Origin: Actinobacteria bacterium UBA7524
GTDB lineage: Bacteria; Actinomycetota; Coriobacteriia; Anaerosomatales; UBA912
Direction: 5' to 3'
Assembly (NCBI GenBank): GCA_002478275.1
Contig: DLMY01000019.1
Coordinates: forward strand, 1 to 49,018
DNA length: 49,018 nt
A program made the position numbers and the translations under genes. The notes under the pieces were generated by a model, which saw nothing but the letters and a program-made list of their open reading frames with translations, made no database searches and had not been told where the DNA came from. Position 1 is the stretch's first letter. Every line of letters begins with the position of its first letter. Below, piece by piece: positions 12,303 through 23,102 of this stretch.

Positions 12303-12387
12303 TGCAGGTGGTGGCGAGAGGCATCCGTCCTTGCGTCGTGCGCTGCCCTTGCCCGGTATTGACGTGCGTGAACCGACAGGAGGACTC

Positions 12388-13155
12388 ATGGACCGTCGAC
12401 CGCTGATAGCCGGTAACTGGAAGATGTACAAGACCGCGGGGGAGGGTGCCGCACTGGTACAGGACCTCTCGGCTCTGGTGTCCGAGGACTGGGAGGCCGT
12501 TGAGGTGGCGGTCTGCCCACCGTTCACCGGCATCAAGAGTGTCTCGACCGTCATCGAGCTCGATGGGCTCTCCATCGCCCTGGGTGCCCAGAACGTCCAC
12601 TGGCAAGCCGAGGGCGCCTACACCGGCGAGGTCTCGGTGGGGATGCTTGCCGAGCTGCGTTGCGACTACTGCATCGTGGGGCACTCGGAGCGGCGCGAGA
12701 TGTTCGGTGAGACCGATGAGACGGTCAACCTGAAGGTCAAGGCGCTGCTCGCGGCCGACATCGTGCCGATCATGTGTGTCGGCGAGACGCTTGCGACGCG
12801 TGATGCGGGCGAGACCGAGTCGCACGTGCGCAACCAGGTCCGTGCGGGACTCGATGGTATCTCCACCGATGACGCGGCGCGCATGGTCATCGCGTACGAG
12901 CCGATCTGGGCGATCGGGTCCGGGCGTACGCCGACCCCTGAGGCGGCCAACGACGTCGCTCGCACGGTACGTGCCACCGTGGGGGCGATGTTCGGACCTC
13001 CCGCGGCGCAGACCTGTCGCGTACTGTATGGCGGTTCGGTCAAGGCCGAGAACGCGGCGCTCTTCATGGCCGAGCCTGACATCGACGGGGCGCTCGTCGG
13101 TGGCGCTGCGCTCGAAGCCGGCTCGTTCGCCGGTATCGTCGCGGCATCACGGTAG
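12388..13155 (+). CDS. tpiA: Triosephosphate isomerase
   Basis: AGNWKM, GHSERR, AYEPIWAIG, LYGGSVK, GALVGGA; ATG after AGGAGG. Confidence 0.98.
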   Translation: MDRRPLIAGNWKMYKTAGEGAALVQDLSALVSEDWEAVEVAVCPPFTGIKSVSTVIELDGLSIALGAQNVHWQAEGAYTGEVSVGMLAELRCDYCIVGHSERREMFGETDETVNLKVKALLAADIVPIMCVGETLATRDAGETESHVRNQVRAGLDGISTDDAARMVIAYEPIWAIGSGRTPTPEAANDVARTVRATVGAMFGPPAAQTCRVLYGGSVKAENAALFMAEPDIDGALVGGAALEAGSFAGIVAASR

Positions 13156-13161
13156 AGTCCG

Positions 13162-14700
13162 ATGACCCATCGCCTGCCTGCAGTACTTGTGATCCTCGAC
13201 GGTTTCGGTATCGCCGAGGAGGGCCCGGGCAATGCAGTCACGCTCGCGGATACGCCCAACATCGATGCGCTGTTCGCGAACCATCCCGTCACATCACTAC
13301 GGGCATCAGGCCTCGCCGTGGGCCTTCCCGAAGGTCAGATGGGCAATTCCGAGGTGGGTCACCTCAATATCGGCGCGGGCAGGGTCGTCTATCAGGAGCT
13401 GACGCGGATCAACCTTGCCATCGAAGATGGCTCGTTGGACTCCAATCCCGTACTCGCCGAGGCCATCGATGCGGCTATCGTCGCAGGCAGATGTGTGCAC
13501 TTCATGGGCCTGGTCTCCGACGGTGGGGTGCACAGTCATCAGGAGCATCTCTACGCGCTCGTACGCATGGCCGCAGCGCGTGGATCGCGAGATATCTGTG
13601 TGCACGCCTTCCTTGACGGCCGTGACGTGCCGCCCGAATCCGGAGCCGGCTACCTGCGCAAGCTGCAGACCGTACTCGATGAACTCGGGGGCGGGCGGAT
13701 AGCGACGGTCATGGGCCGCTACTACGCGATGGATCGCGACAACCGTTGGGAGCGGGTGGAGCGAGCTTGGGCCGCGATGGTCGACGGGCGGGGAGAGAAG
13801 GCCGCGGATGCCGTGGCCGCTGTTGAGGCATCGTACGTGGCCGGAGTGACCGATGAGTTCGTGGTGCCGACGGTCCTGTGCGATGCGCAGGGCACGCCGA
13901 TCGGGCAGGTGACCGATGGTGACACGGTGATCTTCTTCAATTTCAGGCCTGACCGCGCGCGAGAGATCACAAGGGCGTTCGTCGACCCGGCCTTCACCGG
14001 CTTTGCGCGCGACGACTGGCCACGGGTGTACTTCGCATGCCTGACAGAGTATGACCCGACGATTCCGGCGCCTGTCGCATTCGCCAAGGAACTGCCATCC
14101 TGCGTGCTTGCCGACGTGATCGCAGACAGCGGACTGCGGCAGCTACACATCGCCGAGACCGAGAAGTACGCTCACGTCACGTTCTTCCTGAACGGGGGGT
14201 CGGAACCGCCGAAGGCGGGGGAAGAGCGTGTCCTCGTCCCCAGTCCAAAGGTCGCAACATACGACCTGCAGCCGGAGATGAGTGCTCCCGAGGTCACAGA
14301 CCGGCTGGTTGAAGCCATAGCACAGGACAGGGCAGACCTCTACATCGTGAACTACGCGAACTGCGACATGGTGGGTCACACGGGAGTGCTGGCAGCAGCC
14401 GTCAAGGCCGTCGAGGCTGTCGACGATGCCGTCGGACGCGTTCTCAGTGCCATCAAAGACAAGGGTGGCTCGCTGGTTCTTACGGCCGATCACGGCAATG
14501 CCGAGCACATGGTCGATGACGATGGGAAGACGCCGTTCACGGCACATAGCGGCGGAAACGTGCCTCTATGCGTCGCGGCCGAGGGGGTCAGTCATCTTGA
14601 GAGCGGAGGAATCCTTGCCGACGTCGCCCCGACGTTGCTCGAGCTCATCGGCATCGAACGGCCTACCGAGTGGACGGGTCGCTCGCTCCTGGTATACTAG
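13162..14700 (+). CDS. gpmI: 2,3-bisphosphoglycerate-independent phosphoglycerate mutase
   Basis: GQMGNSEVGH, SDGGVHSH, GRYYAMDRD, AETEKYAHVTFF, DMVGHTG, TADHGNAE. Confidence 0.97.
   Translation: MTHRLPAVLVILDGFGIAEEGPGNAVTLADTPNIDALFANHPVTSLRASGLAVGLPEGQMGNSEVGHLNIGAGRVVYQELTRINLAIEDGSLDSNPVLAEAIDAAIVAGRCVHFMGLVSDGGVHSHQEHLYALVRMAAARGSRDICVHAFLDGRDVPPESGAGYLRKLQTVLDELGGGRIATVMGRYYAMDRDNRWERVERAWAAMVDGRGEKAADAVAAVEASYVAGVTDEFVVPTVLCDAQGTPIGQVTDGDTVIFFNFRPDRAREITRAFVDPAFTGFARDDWPRVYFACLTEYDPTIPAPVAFAKELPSCVLADVIADSGLRQLHIAETEKYAHVTFFLNGGSEPPKAGEERVLVPSPKVATYDLQPEMSAPEVTDRLVEAIAQDRADLYIVNYANCDMVGHTGVLAAAVKAVEAVDDAVGRVLSAIKDKGGSLVLTADHGNAEHMVDDDGKTPFTAHSGGNVPLCVAAEGVSHLESGGILADVAPTLLELIGIERPTEWTGRSLLVY
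14671..14698 (+). promoter_or_regulatory. Possible sigmaA promoter for secG inside the gpmI 3' end
   Basis: TGGACG-N16-TATACT, with an extended TG at 14690-14691. Confidence 0.4.
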
Positions 14701-14755
14701 CTGTTCGTTGTGGACCTGCGCCGTCCAGAGGCGCTCGCGGAAGGATCGGTCAAAC

Positions 14756-15001
14756 GTGAACGCACTTGTAGGAATCATCATGGTCATACACGTCCTGGCA
14801 TCCGTGGGACTTGTGGTCTTCATACTTCTCCATTCCGGCAAGGGTACCGGTGTCTCCTCGATGTTCGGTGGGATGATGCCGAGCACCGCGAGCGGAACGG
14901 GCATCATCGAGAAGAACCTGGACCGGATCACCATCGGGCTGGCCGTCACGTTCGCGACCACTCTTCTCCTGTTGATGGTTCTTTATCACCCTGTGGGTTA
15001 G
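14756..15001 (+). CDS. secG: Preprotein translocase subunit SecG
   Basis: Two TM helices, ILLHSGKGTGVSSMFGG...EKNLDRIT; follows tpiA/gpmI. Confidence 0.95.
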   Translation: MNALVGIIMVIHVLASVGLVVFILLHSGKGTGVSSMFGGMMPSTASGTGIIEKNLDRITIGLAVTFATTLLLLMVLYHPVG

Positions 15002-15134
15002 TCACGCCATCTTCGCCAGGCAGGCCTTGTGCGTCCCTGCACTCCGCGGTTCGCCGGTCACTATGGTTCGCGTCTGACTTCATCCAACAATCAGCATGCT
15101 CTATGCAGGCATACCCTGTATCAGCACAGCTCGC

Positions 15135-15165
15135 CAACCTTTGGCTTTCCAAGGGTTGTCTTTTT
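15135..15165 (+). terminator. Intrinsic terminator-like hairpin downstream of secG
   Basis: CAACCTTTGG-CTTT-CCAAGGGTTG followed by TCTTTTT. Confidence 0.6.
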
Positions 15166-15314
15166 ATGCGAACAAGGGGAGACTAATCCTGTTCGCGTCA
15201 CGTGTCCCGCGACGGTCGGTAGGCGGGGGACTGGTTTGCACTTTTCGCCAGGGTGGTACGTTCGACGTTGGATGCTTCGATCGAACCGGATGTCCCTAGT
15301 TGGAAGGAGGGTGC

Positions 15315-16970
15315 ATGTTGTCAGTGAGATATCGTAAGGTGCTCGCACTGCTGCTCAGTCTCGCACTCGTGATGAGCATGGCGGCCATCTCCGGGTGCAC
15401 ACCGGATGATGGAGAGCCCGCGGAGGAGCCCACGGATGACATCCAGATGGGCGGGACCTTCAAGTTCTACATCAGCCAACCCGCGTTCATCGATCCGGTC
15501 AACCTGCAGGAATCCGAAGGTACTCAGGTCGGCCAGGCCGTCTTCGACAGCCTGGTGACGTTCGACCCGCTGACTTCTGAGGTCAAGCCGGCGGCGGCGG
15601 AGAGCTGGGAGTCCAACGACGACGCAACTGTCTGGACCTTCCGCCTGGTACCGGGCGCCAAGTTCCACAATGGCCGTGAGGTCACCGCTCAGGACTTCAA
15701 GTACGCGTGGGAGCGCATCTGCAACCCCGACAACGAGTCCGAGATCTCGTACCACTTGAGTGCGGTCAAGGGTTACGACGAGATGCAGGCAGGCGAGGCG
15801 ACAGAACTCGAGGGCGTCACAGTAGTGGACGACACCACGCTCGAGGTCACCTTGTCCTATGCGTTCGCGGACTTCGAGTACGTAGTCGGACACCCGGCAC
15901 TCGCTCCTGTCCCCCAGGAAGAAGTCGAGGCCGACCCCGCGGCGTTCGGCAAGATGCCCATCGGGAACGGTCCGTTCAAGATGAGCGAGCCGTGGGCTGA
16001 CGACCAGTACGTCAAGGTCGAGAAGTTCGATGAGTACTACGGGCAGGAGCCCTATATCGACGGTATCGACTTCATGATCCTGGCCGACCAGGACACCGCC
16101 TACCTTGAGTTCCAGGCGGGCAACATGGACTTCGTCCAGATTCCCACCGGCCAGATCCAGGCGACCATCGACGAGTATGGTGAGAGCCCCGACGGATACA
16201 CGTCGAACCCGGGTGAACAGACCATCCTCGGTACCGAACAGGCCGTGTACTTCATCCTGCTCAACAACACGGATGAGGTCCTGCAGGACGCCGAAGTGCG
16301 CAAGGCATTCTCCCTGGCCATAGATCGTCAGGCTATTTGCGACACCATCTTCGAGGGAACTCGTATCCCCGCCTCGGGCATCGTGCCCGAAGGGATCGTA
16401 GGCTTCCAGGAAGGTGGGTTTGAGTACTCGAAGTACGATCCGGAGGCTGCCAAGGAGGTACTCGCAGAGGCCGGTTATCCCGAGGGCGAGGGCCTTCCTG
16501 TCATCAAGCTTGAGTACAACACGGGTTCGGGCCATGAGGACATCCTCCAGCTCGTCCAGAACGATCTGAAGGCGATCGGCATCGAGTCCGAGCTCGCAGG
16601 CATGGAGTGGGCCCAGTACCTGGACAAACTCGACGCCAAGGAGTACCAGTCCGGTCGTCTGGGCTGGATCGCGGACTATCCGATCATGGACAACTTCCTG
16701 TATCCGCTCTTCAAGACAGGTAGTGGTGACAACTACTCCGCATATACGAATCCGGAAGTCGACGCCATGCTCGAGGAAGCGCGCAAGACGGTCGACGATG
16801 ACGAACGTGTCGAGCTCTACCAGGAGATCGAGAAGAAGATCGGCGAGGACGCTCCGCTCATCCCCGTCATGTACTACCGCCACACCCGTGTCGCTTCCGA
16901 CCGGGTCATGGACGGGATCTTCAGCCCGAATGGACTGTTCCACTTCGAGTCGGTCTGGTTGAAGCAGTAG
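15315..16970 (+). CDS. Peptide ABC transporter substrate-binding lipoprotein (OppA/DppA family)
   Basis: Lipobox-like AISGC; AESWE...WTFRL...KFHNG..VTAQDFKYAWER; PIGNGPFK; GWIADYP. Confidence 0.95.
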   Translation: MLSVRYRKVLALLLSLALVMSMAAISGCTPDDGEPAEEPTDDIQMGGTFKFYISQPAFIDPVNLQESEGTQVGQAVFDSLVTFDPLTSEVKPAAAESWESNDDATVWTFRLVPGAKFHNGREVTAQDFKYAWERICNPDNESEISYHLSAVKGYDEMQAGEATELEGVTVVDDTTLEVTLSYAFADFEYVVGHPALAPVPQEEVEADPAAFGKMPIGNGPFKMSEPWADDQYVKVEKFDEYYGQEPYIDGIDFMILADQDTAYLEFQAGNMDFVQIPTGQIQATIDEYGESPDGYTSNPGEQTILGTEQAVYFILLNNTDEVLQDAEVRKAFSLAIDRQAICDTIFEGTRIPASGIVPEGIVGFQEGGFEYSKYDPEAAKEVLAEAGYPEGEGLPVIKLEYNTGSGHEDILQLVQNDLKAIGIESELAGMEWAQYLDKLDAKEYQSGRLGWIADYPIMDNFLYPLFKTGSGDNYSAYTNPEVDAMLEEARKTVDDDERVELYQEIEKKIGEDAPLIPVMYYRHTRVASDRVMDGIFSPNGLFHFESVWLKQ

Positions 16971-17009
16971 CACGTGTCGAGTACCTCGCATGACGCGAGC
17001 TGAGTTCGA

Positions 17010-17041
17010 GTGCCGGGACGCCCGCCCGGGCGTCCCGGCAC
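17010..17041 (+). other. Strong hairpin between the binding-protein and permease genes (probable mRNA-stabilising or attenuating element)
   Basis: GTGCCGGGACGCCCG-CC-CGGGCGTCCCGGCAC, a perfect 15-bp inverted repeat. Confidence 0.6.
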
Positions 17042-17090
17042 CGTCTTACCGGACGGCGTGCAGCCCTGGTTCGATGGCCGGAGGGCCTGG

Positions 17091-18068
17091 ATGATCAAGT
17101 ACGTCTTTCGACGGATACTCCAGATGATTCCCGTCTTCATCGGTGTGACCGTATTGCTGTTCATCTTGCGCGCACCCGGAGTGCTTCCGGGCGACCCGGT
17201 CAGGATGATCACGGGTGAGCGGCCCATCTCCGACGCGCTGCGGGAGCAGATAATCAAGAAGCACGCTCTCGACCAGCCGCTTCACAAGCAGTACTACATC
17301 TACGTCACCAACTTGCTCAAAGGTGATCTGGGGGAGTCGTATCAGCGGCGAACGTCTGTCGTGGACATCTTCGCCGACAAGTTTCCCAATACGCTGAGGC
17401 TTGCGCTTGCAGCCATAGTCATCGAGATCATCGTGGGAATCGCCGCGGGAATCATCTCGGCTGTGCGCCAGTACTCGTTCTCTGATGTCTTCGTGACCTT
17501 GTCGACGTCGGTTCTTGTTTCGGTGCCTGTCTTCTGGCTTGGCATGCTGTTGCAGATATTCTTCGGTATCAGGCTCAAGGAGTGGACGGGCGGTGCGGTG
17601 TTCTTGCCGATGTCCCAGATGTCTTCGTCCCAGTTCCCCGATTGGGTCCACCTGATATTGCCCGCTATCACGCTTGCCTCCGTGTCCACGGCATACGTCG
17701 CTCGCATCATGCGCAGTCAGATGCTTGAGGCGATGGGTCAGGACTACATCCGGACAGCTGAGGCCAAGGGCCTCACGCGCAGGGCGGTCATCTTCAGGCA
17801 TGCACTGAAGAATGCACTCATCCCTGTCGTTACGTTCGTAGGTATCGATTTCGGCGTGATGATGAGTGGGGCCATCCTGACCGAGACGGTGTTCTCGTGG
17901 CCGGGTGTCGGCCGTGAGATATTCCTGGCCGTCGGACAACGTGATTGGCCGGTGGTGATGGGCGGGGTGATCATCATCGTAGTGATCGTCATGATCATCA
18001 ACCTGCTTGTCGACCTCAGTTACGCGGTGTTGGATCCGAGAATACGGTATGGGGGTGCTCAGGAATGA
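17091..18068 (+). CDS. Peptide ABC transporter permease (OppB/DppB)
   Basis: PGDPV, GDLGESY, QDYIRTAEAKGL, HALKNALIP, ETVFSWPGVG, LDPRIR. Confidence 0.95.
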   Translation: MIKYVFRRILQMIPVFIGVTVLLFILRAPGVLPGDPVRMITGERPISDALREQIIKKHALDQPLHKQYYIYVTNLLKGDLGESYQRRTSVVDIFADKFPNTLRLALAAIVIEIIVGIAAGIISAVRQYSFSDVFVTLSTSVLVSVPVFWLGMLLQIFFGIRLKEWTGGAVFLPMSQMSSSQFPDWVHLILPAITLASVSTAYVARIMRSQMLEAMGQDYIRTAEAKGLTRRAVIFRHALKNALIPVVTFVGIDFGVMMSGAILTETVFSWPGVGREIFLAVGQRDWPVVMGGVIIIVVIVMIINLLVDLSYAVLDPRIRYGGAQE

Positions 18069-18985
18069 GCCCCGCGACCAGGAGGGCCGCGTCCGCGTTG
18101 GAGATCGATGAGGTAGCGGGTTCGACGACCCGTACATTGTGGGGGGACGCCTTCCGGAGACTTCGGCGCAACAAGCTCGCTATCGCCGGACTCGTGTGGA
18201 TCACCATAGTGGTCGTCCTGACCATCTCGGCAGACATCTGGGTGCCGCCCTTGTTCGGAGACCCTCTGACGGTCAGGACAGCTCCCGGCGAGAGCCTGCA
18301 GGCCCCTTCGTTCACTCACCCGTTCGGTACGGACAAGCTTGGACGGGACGTATTCTCCAGAGTGGTCTACGGCGCACGGGTCTCTCTGACCGTCGGCATC
18401 ATCGCTGTGTCGATCTCCCTGGTCATCGGGCTCATACTCGGTGCTCTGTCGGGCTACTACGGAGGCTTCATCGATGCGCTGGTCATGCGTTCGGCCGATG
18501 TGTTCTTCGCGTTTCCCTACATCCTGTTCGCTATCGCGCTCATAGCGGTACTTGGGCCGAGTTATCGCAACGTCTTCATCGCCATCGGCATCCTGGGCTG
18601 GCCGAGCATCGCTCGCGTGTTCCGCAGCTCGATCCTGTCTGTCAAGGAGAACGAGTACGTCGATGCGGCGCGGGCGATGGGCGCCTCGGACCTGCGGATC
18701 ATGTTCCGCCACATCATGCCCAACGCCGTTGCTCCCATCATCGTCTATGGGACCATGAGCATCGGTGGTGCGATCATCACCGAAGCGGCACTGTCTTTCC
18801 TCGGCATGGGGGTACAGCCTCCGACGCCATCGTGGGGGCTCATGCTTTCAGACGCCAAGTCGCTCATGTTCCGCGCACCCTGGCTCACCATCTGGCCCGG
18901 TTTCGCGATACTGACGACGGTGCTTGCGTTCGTCCTCATGGGCGACGGCATGCGTGACGCGCTCGACGTGAAGATGAAGGACTGA
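18065..18985 (+). CDS. Peptide ABC transporter permease (OppC/DppC)
   Basis: HPFGTDKLGRD, EYVDAARAMGA, EAALSFLGMG, PSWG; ATGA overlap with the upstream gene. Confidence 0.95.
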   Translation: MSPATRRAASALEIDEVAGSTTRTLWGDAFRRLRRNKLAIAGLVWITIVVVLTISADIWVPPLFGDPLTVRTAPGESLQAPSFTHPFGTDKLGRDVFSRVVYGARVSLTVGIIAVSISLVIGLILGALSGYYGGFIDALVMRSADVFFAFPYILFAIALIAVLGPSYRNVFIAIGILGWPSIARVFRSSILSVKENEYVDAARAMGASDLRIMFRHIMPNAVAPIIVYGTMSIGGAIITEAALSFLGMGVQPPTPSWGLMLSDAKSLMFRAPWLTIWPGFAILTTVLAFVLMGDGMRDALDVKMKD

Positions 18986-18988
18986 GCG

Positions 18989-20005
18989 ATGGCTGCGCTC
19001 CTTGAAGTCAGGGATTTGGCGACACACTTCTTCACCCGTGACGGGGTGGTCAAGGCCGTCGACGGAATCTCGTTCAGCCTTGACCCTGGTAAGACGCTCG
19101 CTGTCGTCGGCGAGTCGGGTTCGGGCAAGTCCGTCACCGCGCTGTCCATCATGCGCCTCATCCAGGAGCCCGCGGGCCGCATCGTGGATGGCGAGGTGTA
19201 CTTCAAGGGCGACAGTGTCTTGGCGATGAACGAGTCGCAGGTGCGGGATCTGCGCGGAGACCGCATCGCGATGATCTTCCAGGACCCGATGACCTCGCTC
19301 AACCCGGTCTTCCGGGTCGGTCGGCAGATTGGCGAGTCCCTGATGCTGCACAGGCATCTGAGCCGCAAAGACGCGTTCGAGCGGGCTATCGAGCTGCTCG
19401 ACATGGTAGGCATCCCGCACCCTAGAGATAGAGCGCGAGACTATCCGCACCAGTTCTCAGGCGGGATGCGCCAGCGCGCGATGATAGCGATGGCGCTGGC
19501 GTGCGATCCCGACATCCTGATCGCCGATGAGCCCACCACAGCGTTGGACGTGACGATCCAGGCACAGATCCTCGAACTCATGTCGGAGCTGCAGGAGCGC
19601 ACCGGCACGGCGATCATCATGATCACGCATGACCTCGGGATCGTGGCGGACATGGCTGATGACGTGATGGTCATGTACGCCGGTAAGCAGATCGAATACG
19701 GCCCCGCCGACAGCGTGTTCTACCGTTCGGGGCATCCCTATACCTGGGGGCTTCTCGATAGTCTGCCCAGGCATGACGTCGACGAGAAAGGGACGTTGCT
19801 GCCGATCACGGGCCAGCCGCCCAGCCTCATCAATGTGCCGAGTGGTTGTGCGTTCCATCCGCGCTGCCGGTACGCTCGCGAGATCTGTCCACGCGAAGTC
19901 CCGGCGAGCCGTGAGGTAGGCGAAGGCCACTTTGCCGCCTGCCACTTCGCCGGTCAGGACGGTTTTGTGAGAGGCGCGGCGCAGGCAGGCGGGGAGGTGG
20001 CCTGA
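18989..20005 (+). CDS. Peptide ABC transporter ATP-binding protein (OppD/DppD)
   Basis: [26 protein letters not shown]-terminal GCAFHPRC. Confidence 0.96.
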   Translation: MAALLEVRDLATHFFTRDGVVKAVDGISFSLDPGKTLAVVGESGSGKSVTALSIMRLIQEPAGRIVDGEVYFKGDSVLAMNESQVRDLRGDRIAMIFQDPMTSLNPVFRVGRQIGESLMLHRHLSRKDAFERAIELLDMVGIPHPRDRARDYPHQFSGGMRQRAMIAMALACDPDILIADEPTTALDVTIQAQILELMSELQERTGTAIIMITHDLGIVADMADDVMVMYAGKQIEYGPADSVFYRSGHPYTWGLLDSLPRHDVDEKGTLLPITGQPPSLINVPSGCAFHPRCRYAREICPREVPASREVGEGHFAACHFAGQDGFVRGAAQAGGEVA

Positions 20006-20006
20006 G

Positions 20007-21008
20007 ATGGGAGACCTGCTCGTAGTCGAGGGGCTCAGCAAGCACTTCCCCGTGGAGCAAGGCTTGCTCGGATCCCGACTGGGCCGCAAGGTCCATGCGG
20101 TGGACGATGTCTCGTTCACTGTGGCTCAGGGTGAGACGCTCGGGCTGGTCGGGGAGTCCGGGTGTGGCAAGTCGACCACGGGACGATGCGTCATGCGTCT
20201 CTTGGAGCCCACATCGGGCACCATCTCCTTTGATGGAGCGGATGTGGGCGCCATGCGTCGCTCGGCGCTCAAGGCGTTTCGGCGTGAGGTCCAGATCATC
20301 TTCCAGGACCCCTACGCATCGCTCAATCCACGCATGACGATCGGCGAGATCGTCTCGGAACCGTTGGTTGTCCACTCGATCGGGAGCCGTGACGAGCGAC
20401 GCAACAAGGCCAAGGAGCTGCTCGAGATCGTCGGTCTGAATCCCGAGCACATCAACAGGTACCCGCACGAGTTCTCGGGAGGCCAGAGGCAGCGCATCGG
20501 TATCGCACGTGCGCTCGCCCTGCAACCCCGGCTCATCGTGTGTGACGAACCGGTCTCAGCGCTTGACGTCTCCATTCAGGCACAGGTCGTCAACTTACTC
20601 GATGAGTTGCAGGACACGTTCGGTCTGACGTACCTGTTCATCGCTCATGACCTGTCGGTGGTACGTCACATCTCCGACCGGGTGGCTGTCATGTACCTGG
20701 GTCAGATCGTGGAGATGAGCGACTGGAAGGGCCTGTACGACAGCCCTCATCATCCATACACGCAGTCGCTGCTCTCTGCTGTGCCCGTACCGGATCCGGC
20801 CAAGCAGAGGATCCGCGAGCGGATCATCCTCACCGGCGACGTTCCCAGCCCCATAGACCCGCCGTCAGGATGCCGTTTCCACACGCGTTGCCCGATAGCC
20901 CAGTTCCCGAGGTGCGCCGAGGAGATACCCGAGCTTCGTGAGGTGGCCTCAGGGCACCATGCCGCATGTCACTTCGCGAAAGCCTACCCTATCGACCTTT
21001 CCGGGTAG
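20007..21008 (+). CDS. Peptide ABC transporter ATP-binding protein (OppF/DppF)
   Basis: [34 protein letters not shown]. Confidence 0.96.
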   Translation: MGDLLVVEGLSKHFPVEQGLLGSRLGRKVHAVDDVSFTVAQGETLGLVGESGCGKSTTGRCVMRLLEPTSGTISFDGADVGAMRRSALKAFRREVQIIFQDPYASLNPRMTIGEIVSEPLVVHSIGSRDERRNKAKELLEIVGLNPEHINRYPHEFSGGQRQRIGIARALALQPRLIVCDEPVSALDVSIQAQVVNLLDELQDTFGLTYLFIAHDLSVVRHISDRVAVMYLGQIVEMSDWKGLYDSPHHPYTQSLLSAVPVPDPAKQRIRERIILTGDVPSPIDPPSGCRFHTRCPIAQFPRCAEEIPELREVASGHHAACHFAKAYPIDLSG

Positions 21009-21055
21009 ACTGTCACGAGAAGGTCCTGTGTCGCCTGACCCGGAAGGAGTTCTTC

Positions 21056-21535
21056 GTGCGCCCTGATCCTGTCGAGCGGATCGACGCCAGAGCGGTGACT
21101 GTGTGGCGACTGACGGGATTCGTCGAGGCGCTCGTCGCGGCGGTGGTAGCAGGAGTAGCATTCGGCCTCGGCGCTTCGGGGATCGCGCCGCGATGGGTCG
21201 TTCTTGCTGTCGCAGGCGCCGCGCTCGCTTCTGCACTGCTCTCGGTCGTGATCGTGCCGCGTGTGAGGTGGTTGCGTTGGCGCTATGAGGTGTCGGAGAG
21301 CGAGGTGTACCTCCTGTTCGGTCTCATCATCCGTAAGCGGACGCTCATACCCATGACTCGTGTCCAGCATGTGGACACCAAGGCCGGGCCTTTGTTGCGG
21401 GCCTTCGGGCTGTCGACCGTCACCGTAGCCACTGCCGCCGGCGAACATGAGATCCCTGCACTCGCCGACGAGGTCGCCGACAGGCTGCGAGACCGCATCT
21501 CGACGCTCGCCCGGGTGACCGAAGATGTGGTCTGA
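21056..21535 (+). CDS. Bacterial PH-domain membrane protein (YdbS-like)
   Basis: Two TM helices then WRYEV...IPMTRVQHVDTKAGPLLRAFGL..V.V.TA; GTG after AAGGAG. Confidence 0.88.
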   Translation: MRPDPVERIDARAVTVWRLTGFVEALVAAVVAGVAFGLGASGIAPRWVVLAVAGAALASALLSVVIVPRVRWLRWRYEVSESEVYLLFGLIIRKRTLIPMTRVQHVDTKAGPLLRAFGLSTVTVATAAGEHEIPALADEVADRLRDRISTLARVTEDVV

Positions 21536-23045
21536 GCCTCACCGGGCACACCCCGCCGGGGTCATCGTCTACTCCTCGAAGTTCATCGGTGTACTGGCCG
21601 CCCCGTTGTTCATCGCGTTCTCGCTCGTCAGCTCTGGTGACGACGTCCGGGTACTTGCATCCGGCGTACTCGTGTTCGCCGGGATCATCCTCGGGACCGT
21701 GGGCGCTATAGGGCTCGCATGGGCCGAGTGGTACCGTTTCACGTTCCAGATCAAGGACCGTACGCTTAGGGTGGAACACGGACTGATCGTGCGAAAAAGC
21801 ACACGTCTGTCCCCCGAGCGGATACAGTCCGTCGATACGCGAGCGAACCTGCTCTTCCGCATACTCGGCCTGGTCACCGTGGATGTTCACACAGCAGGCC
21901 GGGGCCAGGCTCCCGAGGTATCGATACCCGCATTGACGGAACAGGACGCCCGTTCCCTCATCGCCGAGATCAAGGCCGTCTCACCGAGCCCGGATCCGGC
22001 CGTTGCAGTGCGGGTTGAAGGTGAAGCTTCACCGTCGAACCACGAGGAATCCTCCCAAGAGCAGCAGATAGGACCGGTCTGGACTCCTACGACAGGGGAC
22101 ATCTTCCTGGTGGGAGCGACTTCATCTGCGGGCGTGATCGCGTTTGCGGCAGTCATGCCGGTGGTGTTCGCGCTTGTGCCCATAGTGGTGGGGGAGTCAG
22201 CGGTCGCACGGTCGTTCCCGGCCGGTTCGACGGTGTTCTTCATGTTGCTGGCCGTCGCCTTTCTCGTGATGGCCCTCTTCAGTTGGGCTGCTGGGACCGT
22301 CAGTTCCGTGCTCATGTACTGGGATTTCGTTACGGCCCGCCGTGGGGATGAGATCCGCGTCGAACGTGGTCTCCTTCAGCGCGAGACCCGCAGCGTCCCG
22401 CTCGCGCGCATCCAGGCCGTCAGACTCATCGAGGGTCCGCTGCGCCAGATGCTCGGGCGGGTGAGCGTCGCCGTGGATGCGGCGGGGATCGCGGCGGCCA
22501 GCGCGCAGCAGGTGGGTCCGACCATCTTGCATCCCTTACTCAGGCGTCCGGAAGCCAGGCGATTCGTCGAGCTGATGACACCCGGACACAGGATAGCCAG
22601 ACTCTCGCCCCTGCCACCGCAGGCCCGTCGTCGCTACATCATCAGGACTGCCGCCTTCCCCTTGGTCGTGGCGCTTGCCACAAGCTTCGCCGTGCCGCTC
22701 GGTTGGCTCGCGCTCATTCTTCCGATCGCAGCGGGTGCCTGGGGTCTGTTCGTCTATTCGGATGCCGCGTGGGGTGTCGTATCGGACGCGCTGGCCATAC
22801 GCTATCGCCAGGTGGCCCGCACAACGGTGCTCGTACGTCGGCAGAGGATACAGTCGGTGGCCGTGAGCCAGCATCCGTTGCAGCGCATAGCGGGCCTCGG
22901 AACACTGGTGGTGCGCGTAGCCTCAAGCCCGCAACCAGCGACATTCCGACTCCCACACATGGCATACGAGGACGCATTGGGTGTGCTGGCATGGGTCGGC
23001 GGAGGAGTCGACCGCGCAACGCCGGAACCCTCAGAGACTCTGTAG
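21525..23045 (+). CDS. Bacterial PH-domain membrane protein with three bPH_2 repeats (YdbT-like)
   Basis: Three RIQ(S/A)V...R..GL/LG repeats, each after a TM pair; overlaps the ydbS-like gene. Confidence 0.88.
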   Translation: MWSEPHRAHPAGVIVYSSKFIGVLAAPLFIAFSLVSSGDDVRVLASGVLVFAGIILGTVGAIGLAWAEWYRFTFQIKDRTLRVEHGLIVRKSTRLSPERIQSVDTRANLLFRILGLVTVDVHTAGRGQAPEVSIPALTEQDARSLIAEIKAVSPSPDPAVAVRVEGEASPSNHEESSQEQQIGPVWTPTTGDIFLVGATSSAGVIAFAAVMPVVFALVPIVVGESAVARSFPAGSTVFFMLLAVAFLVMALFSWAAGTVSSVLMYWDFVTARRGDEIRVERGLLQRETRSVPLARIQAVRLIEGPLRQMLGRVSVAVDAAGIAAASAQQVGPTILHPLLRRPEARRFVELMTPGHRIARLSPLPPQARRRYIIRTAAFPLVVALATSFAVPLGWLALILPIAAGAWGLFVYSDAAWGVVSDALAIRYRQVARTTVLVRRQRIQSVAVSQHPLQRIAGLGTLVVRVASSPQPATFRLPHMAYEDALGVLAWVGGGVDRATPEPSETL

Positions 23046-23102
23046 CGCCCTCCAAACGAGTGCGCTATACTGTCGTCCGCTGCCCCTGCGGTCAGCGCCT
23101 GA

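Noticed and set aside
15015..15060. Minus-strand GGCGAACC...GGGACGC resembling a c-di-GMP-I riboswitch
   Set aside because: No GNRA-capped P2 or matching P3, and it points antisense into secG with no gene to control
15225..15240. GG-N10-GC upstream of the peptide transporter
   Set aside because: The -24 element is a G-run, not TGGCAC-like; likely chance
15321..16991. Long antisense ORFs (this one, 8220-9878, 10992-12575, 1758-3107, 3820-5466 and others)
   Set aside because: Shadow frames of well-supported high-GC genes, with no recognisable motifs
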